This document shows, piece after piece, positions 30,838 to 43,511 of a DNA stretch of 64,000 nucleotides. How positions within the stretch are numbered: the stretch's first letter is position 1; each line of letters opens with the position of its first letter. This DNA comes from Tetramitus jugosus (Eukaryota; Protista; Heterolobosea): contig OW569374.1 of the NCBI GenBank assembly GCA_937625935.1, positions 248,001 through 312,000 of the forward strand, given 5' to 3'. Both the position numbers and the translations under genes were made by a program. Under the pieces are notes generated by a model, which was not told the DNA's origin, did not search any database, and saw only the letters and a list, made by a program, of their open reading frames with translations.

Positions 30838-32031
30838 ATGAACAGCAATAAATCATCAAGGGACTCAGCTGATCAGGTTGATAGTCTGATGCAATCATTG
30901 TTGTCCAAGATTCCCAAAGCAGACACCATTAGCACTACCCGCACTGGTGGTGGTAGCAGTAGCAACAATAATAAAACTCCACAACAACAGCAGCAGCAAA
31001 CAACAAAAAGCAAACCATCTTCCTCAGCTGGACTATTTTCAAAATCAAAGGACAACGTTCCACTGGTTGGCAATGATTTGGATCTGAAGGAAATTGATTT
31101 GATTACGAAGCGATTGGCACAAGATTTGAACACTGCTTCATTCTTGTCTGATGATGATGATGATGATGATGATTCGGATGATGATGATATTTCTGATGAT
31201 GACGAAGAAGAGTTTAGAAAGCAAATTTTGAGAGAATTTTCCAATGTCATGAACAAGGGATCAGAATCGGCCAATGCAACTGAAAAAGTCTCGAAACAAA
31301 CTCTAAAAATGCTCTATCTTCAATTGCTGTCCCAAGGACCAACCTTGTTGTCATCTCAGGACAAGGCAGATAAATTTATATCGAAACTCACAGCAAACGA
31401 AGTGACAGCACTGACCGAATTATTACAGAAGAGTCCTGATGAGATTCTCCAGTTTTTCAATGGAGATGAAATGGTGAAGAAAGCGATTGAAAATCAAAAT
31501 ATTATTGATCTGGCAGCAACAGGCAAGGAAGAGATGAGAAGAGATTTGTGGAGAGATTTGACAAGTGATGATCTAGAGTTCGATAAGGATGAGGAGGGAA
31601 AGAGCAAATATAGAGAGATTCCTACAAGTGTTCGGGAAGCAATTAAGGCTTTTGAAAACAATGCATTACACTATAGTCAACATCCAGCAGCATTATTGCA
31701 GTTGTGTGATAAGTTATCTCCAAGCGATCAAAACATATTCCTCGACATTTTATATCGCGAATACACACCAGATAAGATGAATCAACTAGTCAACAAGGAT
31801 AAAAGCACGCAAAAAGAGCCTCAAGTGCAACCTGCAGTTCAGCAAGCTCAATTCGATGGAGATTTGGTGGCTAATGTATTTAAGGAGGTACTTACCCATT
31901 TCAGGATGTTTAAGAAGTATCCGAACAAGTTCGAACCACTATTGAACAAGCTTAATGAGCAAGAGAGAGATGCTTTTGATTCACTTGTCAGGGCATTTTG
32001 GGATCTAAAAATCGACGAAATAAAACTGTGA
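30838..32031 (+). CDS. Hypothetical helical protein
   Basis: 397-aa ORF with poly-D tract; no family recognised. Confidence 0.65.
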   Translation: MNSNKSSRDSADQVDSLMQSLLSKIPKADTISTTRTGGGSSSNNNKTPQQQQQQTTKSKPSSSAGLFSKSKDNVPLVGNDLDLKEIDLITKRLAQDLNTASFLSDDDDDDDDSDDDDISDDDEEEFRKQILREFSNVMNKGSESANATEKVSKQTLKMLYLQLLSQGPTLLSSQDKADKFISKLTANEVTALTELLQKSPDEILQFFNGDEMVKKAIENQNIIDLAATGKEEMRRDLWRDLTSDDLEFDKDEEGKSKYREIPTSVREAIKAFENNALHYSQHPAALLQLCDKLSPSDQNIFLDILYREYTPDKMNQLVNKDKSTQKEPQVQPAVQQAQFDGDLVANVFKEVLTHFRMFKKYPNKFEPLLNKLNEQERDAFDSLVRAFWDLKIDEIKL

Positions 32032-32115
32032 ATGCGTTCTGAGTCATTTTATCCAGACACAATGATATTGGAGTTAAAAGAACAAAATGAAAAATTTGGA
32101 GAATCAACAGAGAAT

Positions 32116-33546
<1,431 letters not shown>

Positions 33547-33716
33547 TTATGCGGCAACTGCACACGGTAACTGTCCAAAACTACAGTTTGGCGCGTTTTT
33601 GGGCGCGTTTGTGAAAAATTCAACATTACAAATTTTTACAAGCAAGAAGCTTCAATATTCCATATCAAGGCGGGCTATTGCCTCCGGTCGGAGCAAAACA
33701 ATCAGAATCAGACGAT

Positions 33717-34419
33717 ATGGACACAGCACTTGATCAGATCAGAACCCAGCACAAGAAACTGGTGGATGTTGTGCTAGGCAACTTGCGCAACTTCACAACA
33801 ACGCCTAACAATCAGACAATCTTTGAAGCTGCCTTTAGCTCAATAGCAGAATTTGTCAACTCGATCAATTGGCGCGAAGAAAAATGGCTCCAAACCTTGG
33901 TTGCTTTCCACATTGTGATGTTTCTTCTGATTATTGCAACTCGGAATCACAAGAACATTCATGCTTTCTTCTTTATTTTAATATGTATGTGTTGCATTGA
34001 AGATCAATCATGAATCAAAACGAAGATTAACAATGTCTGACACCAACAATTGATTATTCTGATCAGCTGGACTAGTCATGTTAGCTCAAAGGATGAACAA
34101 GCTGGCCGGTGATCACTGGCAGCAATTTGCAACTGAGAACTATTTTGATGAGAGTGGCTTCTTTATTTCCACTATCTTTTCAGTCCCTCTTGTGCTGAAT
34201 GCGACTATCATCCTCGTATGTATTCGCGGAAACATCAGTTTGGTACCTTTTTGTTCCAATATTAACCAAGATGATCCTCACACTCTATAAATGCACATCT
34301 AGGTCATATACCTTGTTCACACAGCTCGTTTATTGATTCAGGTCAAACGAAAACAATTGTTGCATCGCCACAGACAACAAGCTTCAAGCACAAGATCAAC
34401 CAAAGAGAAGAAGGAATAA
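33717..34419 (+). CDS. TMEM18: Transmembrane protein 18 homologue; exons 33717-33984, 34067-34215, 34303-34419
   Basis: INWREEKWL, HWQQFATENYFDESGFFISTIFSVPL and VKRKQL motifs. Two GTATGT..AG introns restore one reading frame. Confidence 0.88.
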
Positions 34420-34492
34420 AACTTTTCTTTTTTGTATTGAACGATGACATTCCCGCCAAATAAAAAGCAATCACAAACACGCGTTGGAATGA

Positions 34493-37400
34493 ATGTCAAG
34501 CAAAACCAACACAAACGATCCAATATTGTTGAGAGAGGATCATGGAAGTGATCACCTGATCCAGGGAAACAACGTTCTGAAAATGGTTTTTAGTGACCTG
34601 TGGATGCCTTTGATTCAATTTGTTTCCAAGATCATGGAACGACACAACAGCACAACAGTACCCATTCATTCATCATCTAATCAAGCAACAAACCAATTGT
34701 TGCGAGACGCATTCATATGTGTGCCTCCAGACGCAGAAAAGCAACCAAGCAGCCTCAACAGACTCAATTTTCAGCATAGCTTAAGTCAGAGTGAAATTGT
34801 GAATCTTGTGATCTATTCCATGGTTCCTAAAGTACCAAAGATGAAAACTCAGCATGTATTGGCGTATGGTTACTCTCTCCCACGGCCTGGTCTAAACAGT
34901 GTCAGTGCTTTCAATAGTGCTGAGTGTTTCTTTCCGAATACTGTTGTTAATGTGGTGAAGGGTCATGCGTGGAACGGGTTACTCAGTTTGATTGGTGATG
35001 AACTAATGACCTATATTCTGAAGTATTCGATTGTGCTTGTTCCAGTACCTAATGGAGCTTATCTTCAAGTATCAGGGTGAGTATGCTCTTAGTTCGTCCT
35101 GTTTTGCTGTTCAATCTTTGCTCACAAATAATTGGATGTCAATAGAAAACCCATGATACAATACTTATCGACACTTAAAGACAGGATAACATACTCCAAA
35201 GAATTAAGTAACGATTTCTTTCGTTCCAGTAAGTTTAGCCATATTGTTCCTAAAACTACAGTATCTCGCAATACAATTCTCCCTGAGGATGACGACATTA
35301 CTTGGCCAGTGTCTCCCATCCCAAAAGTAGATGTCGTATCACAAGACAGCATCGATAACGCCTTACCTGAGCTGATACCAGATAATGAGAATAGGCAGGA
35401 GTATTCGAAAATCAACAGACCGAAGGTTGATAGTGGTAGCAAGAAACGAAAGCGATCTTCAAACGAAAACAAACGGAAGAGAAACAAAAAGAGACTTTCT
35501 GTGTCCACTTCAACAACAGATCAAACTAAACCGAATGGAAACAGTGATAGTAATGTAATTGTAAGAAAGCCAAGTAACATCATTATTCCCCGAGGGATGA
35601 TCTTTTATTCCTATCGTGTTAGGCCTGTCAATGGTTTTCCTAAAAATCATCTTTTTAACGATGCTACTAATGATGAAGCTGGACTCAGAAAAATCTATTC
35701 GACAATCTTTAACAAATCTCGGTTTTCATATTCCAATACTGGTAACACCACTACTATTAACCAAAAGAAAATGAAGAAGATAAAGAAAAAGTACCCAGAA
35801 TTGATTGATTTGATTAAGCAGCTCCAGAAGAATATTAGAAAAAAATTCACTTCATTCCCTTATCTATTGGATCACCATTGTCCAATCTCTGGGGATGTCC
35901 ATATAAGAGAATTAGCTCAGGAAGTTGAACAACAGGACGCTCAATTATCACAACACAAAGAGGAGCATGAGTCATTAGTGCCTGAGGATTACTGGGAAAT
36001 ATATGACGATGAGCTATTGATGACTCAGCTAGAAGTATGTGAGGAGGAGAGAGTGAAGGCAGTAGCTGATGCAGAACCACTCTCTGCTCGATTCGAAGAG
36101 CTGATTCAAAATAATACTTCTCACACACAAGTTTCAAGTTTTATCCGAGCTGTGTGTAGGCGAATAATTCCATTAGACCTCTGGGGTTCAAAACAAAATA
36201 TGCACAAATTCCATAATAACATCGATAAGTTCATCAGATTGGGGAGATATGAACAATTTTCATTACACAATGCCATGGAGGGAGTGAAAATCACCGATAT
36301 GAAGTGGAATACCAGAAAACGAAATGCAAACACGATGTCATCTTCAAACGCTGAGTTTCAAAAAAGGAGTTCGATCACAGAACAGTTCATCTATTTTGCT
36401 TACACTGATATTGTGGTACCACTACTTCGAACTTATTTTTATTGTACAGAGAGTAACACGGATAGAATGTCCGTTTATTATTTCAAGAGATCTGTTTGGG
36501 CTGATGTAAGTGTTTTATCTTGGAGACGGTTAATTGATGAGAGTTCTGTATTCCAGAAGATATCAAAGAACGCAGCGTTAGAGGTATTACAGAAGAGCAA
36601 ACTTCCTTGCTCACATGTGAGATTACTACCGAAGCAAACATCTGTGAGACCTATTATTAATCTTGGACAACAAAAGAATGCAAAATCAGAATCGACCAAT
36701 TCTTTGCTTAAAAACATTCTTTTCGTAATGAAGTTTGAAAACGAGCGTCACAAAGAAAGATTGGGAAGTTCTGTATTCAGCACGATTGAAGTTTACACAA
36801 AACTATTGCCTTTTATTAAATTGTGGAGAAAAGCGCACTCAAAAGAGAGACTATATATTTGTTGTACGGATGTTAAGGGAGCATATGATACAATTCCACA
36901 TGCTAAATGTCTCAGTATATTGGAAGATAACATATTTAACCATCCTGAGTATATGATCATGAAACATGCAATTATCCGACCATATATGGGTAAATTATCA
37001 ACAAAGTTTGAACGCTCTGCTTGTTTGCCCGGCCAATTTCCTCAGATCGAACAAATGGCTGGTCAACTTTCATCGAAGTTCAGTAAGAGCGTAATTAACG
37101 ATCAAGTTGTTCATCAATATATTGATAGAGCCCAAATTTTAACGCTGCTTCGTAGTCACATTGAAATGAATGTTATTAAGATGCGATCAAAGTATTATGT
37201 TCAAAAAGTTGGCATTCCCCAAGGTAGTGTTATTTCTCCCTTAATTTGCAGCTACACCTATGGAGACATGGAACGAAAACATTTTAGTGAATTATGTGGT
37301 CTGTATGAAGAAAATGAAGCAGGATTGATTCGCTATTGTCTTATCTGCAACAAGAAGGTTGATCCAATATCGAAGAGAGCATCTACCCGACTTTGTTTCT

Positions 37401-38356
37401 GTAAAGGAATGAGGAGAAACGAAGGAACAAATTCAACAGCAACTGAAAATCCGAAAGAAACTACATATCTTCCCTCTTTGAATATCACTGATACCAGTAG
37501 TGCAGCGTCTACTGTTCCAAAGAAGTCTCTTGGTGTTCTTGTTCGTCTAATCGATGATTTTATGTTTGTTACAAATGACGAGTCAGCGGCACGACAGTTT
37601 GTTATCTCTATTCATTCTGGTTTCCCAGAGTATGGCGTTTCTGTTAATGTGAAGAAAACTAAACTGAGCTTCGACATGGCCGTAGTGTCAACAATCAATG
37701 ACACATACGAAACAACGATGCTCGAAGCTAAGAGTCAAATATTTTGGTGTGGTTTCATTTTTGATGCCAAATCATTTGAAGTTCGGATGGACTATTCAAA
37801 GTACACGGATGGAAAGTTGATGGACAAGGTGTCTAAAGATCAGAAGAATATTGGTCTCAACGTCGCACGAAAGTTAAAGCAAACTATTTCTTGGAAGTGT
37901 AATCCATTGGCGATAGATCGAACTGTGAATTCACACTGGACTGTATGTTTGAATGTATACCAACTTTTTCTATTTTGTGGCATGAAAATGCACGTGTTGT
38001 TGGCAAGTACGCAACGAAATACAGCACACTCTCACCGATTGCTCATCGGAATCATATGTGATGTGATTGGCTACATGTGGGTCTGTATCAAAGCTCGTAC
38101 TTCATCCTTCATAGAGGTGCAAGGATCGTTCACAGACATCACAGAAGCTGAGACGAGCTATCTGGGAATAATCGCATTCCAAACAATTCTAACGAGAAAG
38201 AAAAAGTTTGTGGAGTATAGATCAGTGTTAGAATCTCTGAGCATCATGTTGAGTCACCATTCATTCGAATGCTTGAGTGGAGAAAAGAAACAACTGCTAC
38301 AGGATGTCATCGTTGACTCACACCACGATCTTCTCCTAAAGAAAATACATTATTGA
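34493..38356 (+). CDS. TERT: Telomerase reverse transcriptase; exons 34493-35076 and 35146-38356
   Basis: TEN (HVLAYGY, W..LL..IGD, YLQVSG|KP across a GTGAGT..AG 69-nt intron), T motif FYCTE..YYFKRSVW, RLLPK..RPI, motif A DVKGAYD, B' GIPQGSVISP, C RLIDDF and E WCG. Confidence 0.97.
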
Positions 38357-38372
38357 AGTCGCTTTCAGATGT

Positions 38373-39938
38373 TTACTGTTCGTTGGAATAACCGAGCTCC
38401 TTCAAGGCTTCCTTTGATAAATTTTGAAGCGTTGCCATGTATTCCTCGACTTCTTTTTCCTCTTGCTTTGACACGAGCTGTTCATTGTCAATAAATTCAT
38501 CATCTGATGATTCTTCATTATCAACCTTCTCTCGTTCACTTTCGTCCGATGAAGATGAATCACTACCCATGATATCGTCCATTTCATCTGTTTCTTTTTT
38601 CTCTTCCTTATTGCTCGCTGTCGTTTCTGTTGTTGTCATAGACTTGGAGGGGTGTCTGTTGTTCCAATAGGTCATCTCATCATTCGTCCTCGATTGAATC
38701 ATTTCGAGTCTCTCCTTGACCTCATTCGTCAAATTATCACCATCAAAAAACTGTTCATCTATAATGTACCGGAAGCACTGGAACAATAAGCTCTGTTCTC
38801 TTCGAATCTCCTTGTGCAACAATTTTTGTAGCAGCGAAGGTCCCTTCATTGCTGTAAACTCTTGTTGTTGCTGTTGTTGTCCTTGGTATTGTTGTTGAAA
38901 ATGTCCTTGTTGATGACCATATCTTCCACCATGCATAGCACTTGCACCACCTCTGCCTCCTCGATGAGAAGGACCACCACTACCATGATGCATTCCTCCT
39001 CCTCCTCTATTACCTCCACCTCTGCCATGATAGGGATGATGACTCATCATTCCACCACTGTGACCATGATGCACTCCTCCTCCTCTTCGATTGTTGAAAC
39101 GATTATTGTTATTGTTCCGTATCGAATAATTGACATTCTCTTGATTGTCTTCTCCCGTGTAGAATGATGGTCTCCGATAAGTTTGTGAATGACTATTGGC
39201 ATGATTATCATTCGTATGATTGTTACTATTCAAATGTTGTCTACTACTGCTACTGCTACTGCTACTCGCATGACTAATTTCATTCTTCTTCTTATCCTCG
39301 TTCAACAACACTTGCTCACCACTAGCACTAGCATTGCTACTATTCTGTTGTCTATGATTGTTATGGTTGTTGTTATGGTTGCTGTTTTGATTGTGATGAA
39401 TACCTCTCATGTCATCAATACCCATCATTTGTAACAATGGAGCCACCTTGTCCGTCGCAGTCACAATAATCTCACCTCTCTTTCTTCGTTCATCAATCTC
39501 TGCTTGCTTCTCTGCCACCTTGTTTCTCGTCGGATAATTTCTCTTTCGTTCTTCAATGTACGCCCGAATGTCCTCTGCTGTCTCTAGTGGTTTCTTGTAC
39601 AGCATGCGAAAAATGGGATTCTTGTAGTCCTTGTCATACAGTTTCATGAACGGTGCATATTTGGCTTCTTCTTCTCCATTGTCATTTTCACCATCGACAT
39701 CAGCATCATTGTTATGCTGTTTTCGATGATGATGAGAACGATTGTGATGTTTTCGATGATGATGATGGTTACCATTGCTGTTTGCATATCTTTCTCTGAG
39801 CCATGCTTGTGGATGTTGTTGTTCTGATTGTTGTTGTTGTTGTTGAGATGGAGTGGATACTGATACTGATGATGATGATGATTGAGGTTGTTGGTATTCT
39901 GGTGAGGAACAATAGGAGGCGACCAAATTTTCACTCAT
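38373..39938 (-). CDS. NUFIP1: NUFIP1/Rsa1-like snoRNP assembly factor
   Basis: ETAEDIRAYIEERKRNYPT and PSLLQKLLHKEIRREQSLLFQCFRYII motifs. Confidence 0.82.
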   Translation of the reverse strand: MSENLVASYCSSPEYQQPQSSSSSVSVSTPSQQQQQQSEQQHPQAWLRERYANSNGNHHHHRKHHNRSHHHRKQHNNDADVDGENDNGEEEAKYAPFMKLYDKDYKNPIFRMLYKKPLETAEDIRAYIEERKRNYPTRNKVAEKQAEIDERRKRGEIIVTATDKVAPLLQMMGIDDMRGIHHNQNSNHNNNHNNHRQQNSSNASASGEQVLLNEDKKKNEISHASSSSSSSSRQHLNSNNHTNDNHANSHSQTYRRPSFYTGEDNQENVNYSIRNNNNNRFNNRRGGGVHHGHSGGMMSHHPYHGRGGGNRGGGGMHHGSGGPSHRGGRGGASAMHGGRYGHQQGHFQQQYQGQQQQQQEFTAMKGPSLLQKLLHKEIRREQSLLFQCFRYIIDEQFFDGDNLTNEVKERLEMIQSRTNDEMTYWNNRHPSKSMTTTETTASNKEEKKETDEMDDIMGSDSSSSDESEREKVDNEESSDDEFIDNEQLVSKQEEKEVEEYMATLQNLSKEALKELGYSNEQ

Positions 39939-40098
39939 GGTTGTTGTTGCGGCTACCTGTTATTGTTTGGCTCTATTTTGCTTTTATTGATGTTCTTGGT
40001 TTTTGTTGAAGCAAAGTTTTGTTGTATGGAACGGGCGGGTTTTTGTTTGCGTTCTTTTTATTGGACCAATCTTCTGAATGGAATATTTCTTCGTCTCA

Positions 40099-41124
40099 TT
40101 AGAGAAGTTGTGCTAGACGAGCTGCTCTCTCCTCCATCTTGACTGAAGACTGACTTTGTTGAACTGCTGCGTTCGATTGCTGCATATGAGCGACTCTGAT
40201 ACCTTCATGGGTCGAAGTTGGGTGAGTGTCTCCTGATAGAGCAGCTGCATTTCTTTGTTGATCCAGTGGCAATTGGGAAATGGAGGTTGATTGAGAGGAG
40301 AGAATTGAATCAGATACTCCCATGGATCTCGTTCTTGGTACCGTGGTATCCATCCTCTGAACTGATCCTGGAACAGCATTGTATTGCACTGGCTCGGCCA
40401 CATAGGTTTCAATAGAACCGGGACCAACAACGAAACCGCTCAAGTCCCTCTGACTCAATCTCTGATACATCTCCTGATCATTGATGATGGTTGTTGTGCT
40501 TGGTCTCATCTCAGCCAACTTTTCTACTGGTTGTTCCACAATTTCATAAATGGGTTGTTCAATCACTTCTGTAATCACTGGTCTAATGATCCTTCTTCGA
40601 ACAATACGGCGCACCTGACGCACCTCTGGTTCAGCATAAATCACTTCGACACCGTCATTGTCCACATATCTCTCACCTCCCTTGATATTCATGAGATTGT
40701 GAATTCTTTGACGTTCCTGATCTGACAACAGCTTTCCTTCCTCTTCAATGATGGGTTCATCCTGGATCACAATCTCCTGTACTTCATGGGTAATTCGTTT
40801 CTCAATGGGTTGTTCTCGAACCTCAATCTGGTATTCTACAAGTTTCTCATTGATGATATTCTTGTTCACCACTTCCTTTCTCACATTCTTCAAAATCTTG
40901 TCCAGAACAGGCTTCTCATGTGAAACAGTGACACCAGACTCTGCACCAAATTGAGTTGCATCAAATGAGGTGGAAGTAGATGACAAGGGGGTTTGTAACT
41001 GAGGTTGTTGCAGCTGTTGTTGTTGAATTTGTTCTACCATTGTGTAACTGTCGTTATGACCAGGCTGAGTGCAGAGTGTATTCAATTTTATTTGATGTGG
41101 ATCTTCACAATGTTGTGGAATCAT
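40099..41124 (-). CDS. Hypothetical protein with two V/I/E/P-rich internal repeats
   Basis: IEVREQPIEK and IYEIVEQPVEK repeats. Start at 41124 or 41040. Confidence 0.65.
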   Translation of the reverse strand: MIPQHCEDPHQIKLNTLCTQPGHNDSYTMVEQIQQQQLQQPQLQTPLSSTSTSFDATQFGAESGVTVSHEKPVLDKILKNVRKEVVNKNIINEKLVEYQIEVREQPIEKRITHEVQEIVIQDEPIIEEEGKLLSDQERQRIHNLMNIKGGERYVDNDGVEVIYAEPEVRQVRRIVRRRIIRPVITEVIEQPIYEIVEQPVEKLAEMRPSTTTIINDQEMYQRLSQRDLSGFVVGPGSIETYVAEPVQYNAVPGSVQRMDTTVPRTRSMGVSDSILSSQSTSISQLPLDQQRNAAALSGDTHPTSTHEGIRVAHMQQSNAAVQQSQSSVKMEERAARLAQLL

Positions 41125-41239
41125 TCAAAAAAATTAACTATTTCAGGCCAGATCGCCCAATAGACACTACCTATTAACCTATTATTTTTAGTGTGGTTGA
41201 TCTATGGTTGTATTCACGAATCGCTCAGAACTGACATCC

Positions 41240-41244
41240 AAAAA
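41240..41244 (-). terminator. RNA Pol III oligo-dT terminator of tRNA-Asp
   Basis: TTTTT three nt after the discriminator base on the minus strand. Confidence 0.8.
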
Positions 41245-41247
41245 GAT

Positions 41248-41318
41248 CTCGATCACCGGGAATCGAACCCGGGTCGCCAGAGTGACAGTCTGGAATGCTA
41301 CCCCTATACCATGACCGA
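41248..41318 (-). tRNA. tRNA-Asp (GTC)
   Basis: TCGGTCA/TGATCGA acceptor stem with G discriminator, CCAGA-CT-GTC-AC-TCTGG anticodon arm, and CCGGG-TTCGATT-CCCGG T arm. Confidence 0.97.
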
Positions 41319-41344
41319 TGTTGCATGAGAATCATAGGTTGAAT

Positions 41345-42676
41345 AAAACACAGAAAAAACAAAAAAACGCAGAAAAAAACGGAATCACATGTCTGGTGAT
41401 TCAACAAATTTGGTGAAGGAATACGGCAACAGCCGTTATGCAGTGTGGACCACTGCACGGAAAGGCACGAGGCCAAGTGACAGAGAGGTCGTCATTACTG
41501 GCAACGGTAATGGCGTCTCTCAGTCATCTTTGGCAAGAAAGATTGGAGAGGAGTTTGGTGACTGGCTCAACCGAGTCCAAGTCATCAAAAGGAAAGGCCA
41601 GCAACGCTTTGTTGCATGGGTGACGGTCAAGGGTGACCGCATCTATGACTTTGTTGATTTGTTCAACAAGCAAAGGAGGATTGGCAATAGCACTGCTGCA
41701 CCCAAGCGCAGTGTTGATTGCACAAGAAAGGTGGTCGTCCATGGCATGAAGAACATGTCAGTGGACGACATCAAGAAGCTACTGGGACCTGAAAAGGTCG
41801 CCAGTGTGCTCAAGAAGCGTGACACTGCTTTCGTGGTCATGGGTGATGAAACCTATGCACAAGCAGTGCTCACCGGAGAGAACAAGGTAAAGGCCACGGT
41901 CACTCGATACGTCGAGAGGCCACATGATCCTCTCAAGGCCGTCAACAAGAGGTTGACAAAGATGTACGAGGAGCTGCTGACGGTGGTTGACGCACTGCGT
42001 CGACAGGTCACAGAACTCACCAAGGAATTGGCAAAGACAAAGGGCCAAGAGGGCAACAAACCGGTTCCGATACCGGAACAAGAAGTTGCACAAAGAACTG
42101 CTCCTGGTCTGATGGAGACAGAAGAACAAAGGAGTGCAACACCACTGCCAACAGTGCCTGTTGCACAGCTCAGCGCTGAAAATCAGCAAATCCTGGAGCA
42201 AGTGAATGCCACTTCTCCAGTGTTTGCTAGAGCGAAGAAGGAAATTGCTGCATTGGCACTGGCCAGTGCACGCAAAAGGTATGGTTTGACTGAGGACGAA
42301 CCAGTCATTGTGGATGTGGACGACGACTCCGAAAAGGAGATTCAAAGTCCACAACTCAATGACAACAAGAAGAGGAGTGCTAGGATCACACTGGGTGATC
42401 TGAGGAGCAACAAGGCCCAAAACAAGAAAACAACAACAGATGGCTCTGTGTCCATCGGCGGTCCTACTACAAGGTTACGCTCTTTGATGAAGGGCATCAA
42501 TCAAAACACTCACCTGAGTGATTCTTCCAACCTGTAGGTGCACCGTCGGGGACAACAAGAGAAGAAGAGTGAGCGACGCCCTACGGGTCGTCACTCACAA
42601 AACAAGTCAATAAATGAGCAATCGTGTGCTTGCGCACACTTGGTTGTATGGAACAAAAAAAAACACAGAAAAAACA
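41345..42676 (+). mobile_element. Non-LTR unit 1: ORF1-only element with 17-bp TSD AAAACACAGAAAAAACA (41345-41361 / 42660-42676)
   Basis: Direct repeat flanks the unit. 3' hairpin at 42569-42598, AATAAA at 42609, TTGGTTGTAT, then an A-run. Confidence 0.82.
41389..42537 (+). CDS. LINE ORF1p-like protein (two RRM-like domains, coiled coil, disordered tail)
   Basis: REVVITG...FG...VAWVTV and KVVVHGM...RDTAFVVM RNP-like motifs; heptad segment LKAVNKRLTKMYEELLTVVDALRRQVTELTKELAK. Confidence 0.65.
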   Translation: MSGDSTNLVKEYGNSRYAVWTTARKGTRPSDREVVITGNGNGVSQSSLARKIGEEFGDWLNRVQVIKRKGQQRFVAWVTVKGDRIYDFVDLFNKQRRIGNSTAAPKRSVDCTRKVVVHGMKNMSVDDIKKLLGPEKVASVLKKRDTAFVVMGDETYAQAVLTGENKVKATVTRYVERPHDPLKAVNKRLTKMYEELLTVVDALRRQVTELTKELAKTKGQEGNKPVPIPEQEVAQRTAPGLMETEEQRSATPLPTVPVAQLSAENQQILEQVNATSPVFARAKKEIAALALASARKRYGLTEDEPVIVDVDDDSEKEIQSPQLNDNKKRSARITLGDLRSNKAQNKKTTTDGSVSIGGPTTRLRSLMKGINQNTHLSDSSNL

Positions 42677-43511
42677 GCAAAGGGGTTTATGCACATAATC
42701 CGATGTAATGGGCAATACGCCAGAGGTCGTGATGATCTCAAAGAGATACTCTTCAGGGAAAGAAAGGCCACAATCGAACAGTACCCAGAGTGGTGGTTAC
42801 AGTCTGCCGCAATGGAGCACAAGAACCAATTCGAGTTTCTCAAGAACCCCTTTGTTATAGATCGCCGGTTGGAATGGTTCCACGCACAGATCAGAAGCGG
42901 TACATTGCACACTAGAGCAGTGTGTAATGATTTGTATGATGATGACGAACCGGATCTGTGTCCAAGGTGCGGTATTGAGTCAGAAACCATCATTCACTGT
43001 CTGATCCGATGCAAGTGTGCTATAGACGCTCGTCGAAAACTTGTGTTGGAAGTTTACAACAAACTGCTCAGACTCCCATTGCATCGAGAATCGAATGTGA
43101 ATTTGTGGTTTGACAAAGTTGTATTCAGAAATGGGGTACTTCTCCCGAGATCCCGGAAGACCAGTCGGGAGTACCTCTCGGGAATGATGGGCGTTGAAAG
43201 TGAAGCTCTTGATGAGGTTATGGATGCGCTGGTGAAGAATGGAATGAAGTTAGAATTAGCCCTTCGCAAGGCACGTAGCTTTGTCAGTTGGGTAAAGAGT
43301 CGCTGCATCGTTACTTTGCACACACTTTACCAGCAATCAAAAGACTACAAACAGAAGTAACGCTCTCCGAGCGTTACTGAAAGGTAAGACTAGTGCCGCT
43401 CTGCGAGCGGCACTATGAGTATAAGTGAAATTAATGGAAAGAAAGATAAACAATAAAGTGAGCAACTGCGCGTTGTATCAAAAAAAAAAAAAAAACAGAA
43501 AAAACAGCAAA
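42665..43511 (+). mobile_element. Non-LTR unit 2: 5'-truncated LINE with 17-bp TSD ACAGAAAAAACAGCAAA (42665-42681 / 43495-43511)
   Basis: ORF2 C-terminus, two perfect hairpins, AATAAA at 43452, GTTGTAT, A16 run and TSD. Confidence 0.88.
42683..43360 (+). pseudogene. Truncated LINE ORF2 C-terminal region (zf-RVT-type CCHC knuckle)
   Basis: IRSGTLHT...CPRCGIESETIIHCLIRC. No RT or endonuclease domain present. Confidence 0.85.

Noticed and set aside
42614-42682. ORF-track N-terminus of the 248-aa ORF, suggesting a normal ORF1-ORF2 element
   Set aside because: These codons run through unit 1's poly(A) signal, A-tail and TSD. The open frame is fortuitous across an insertion junction.
43356-43436. 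Possible hammerhead ribozyme (CTGA...hairpin...GAAA)
   Set aside because: The core reads CTGAAAG rather than CUGANGA, and no stem III/UH arrangement could be built. Treated as plain hairpins.
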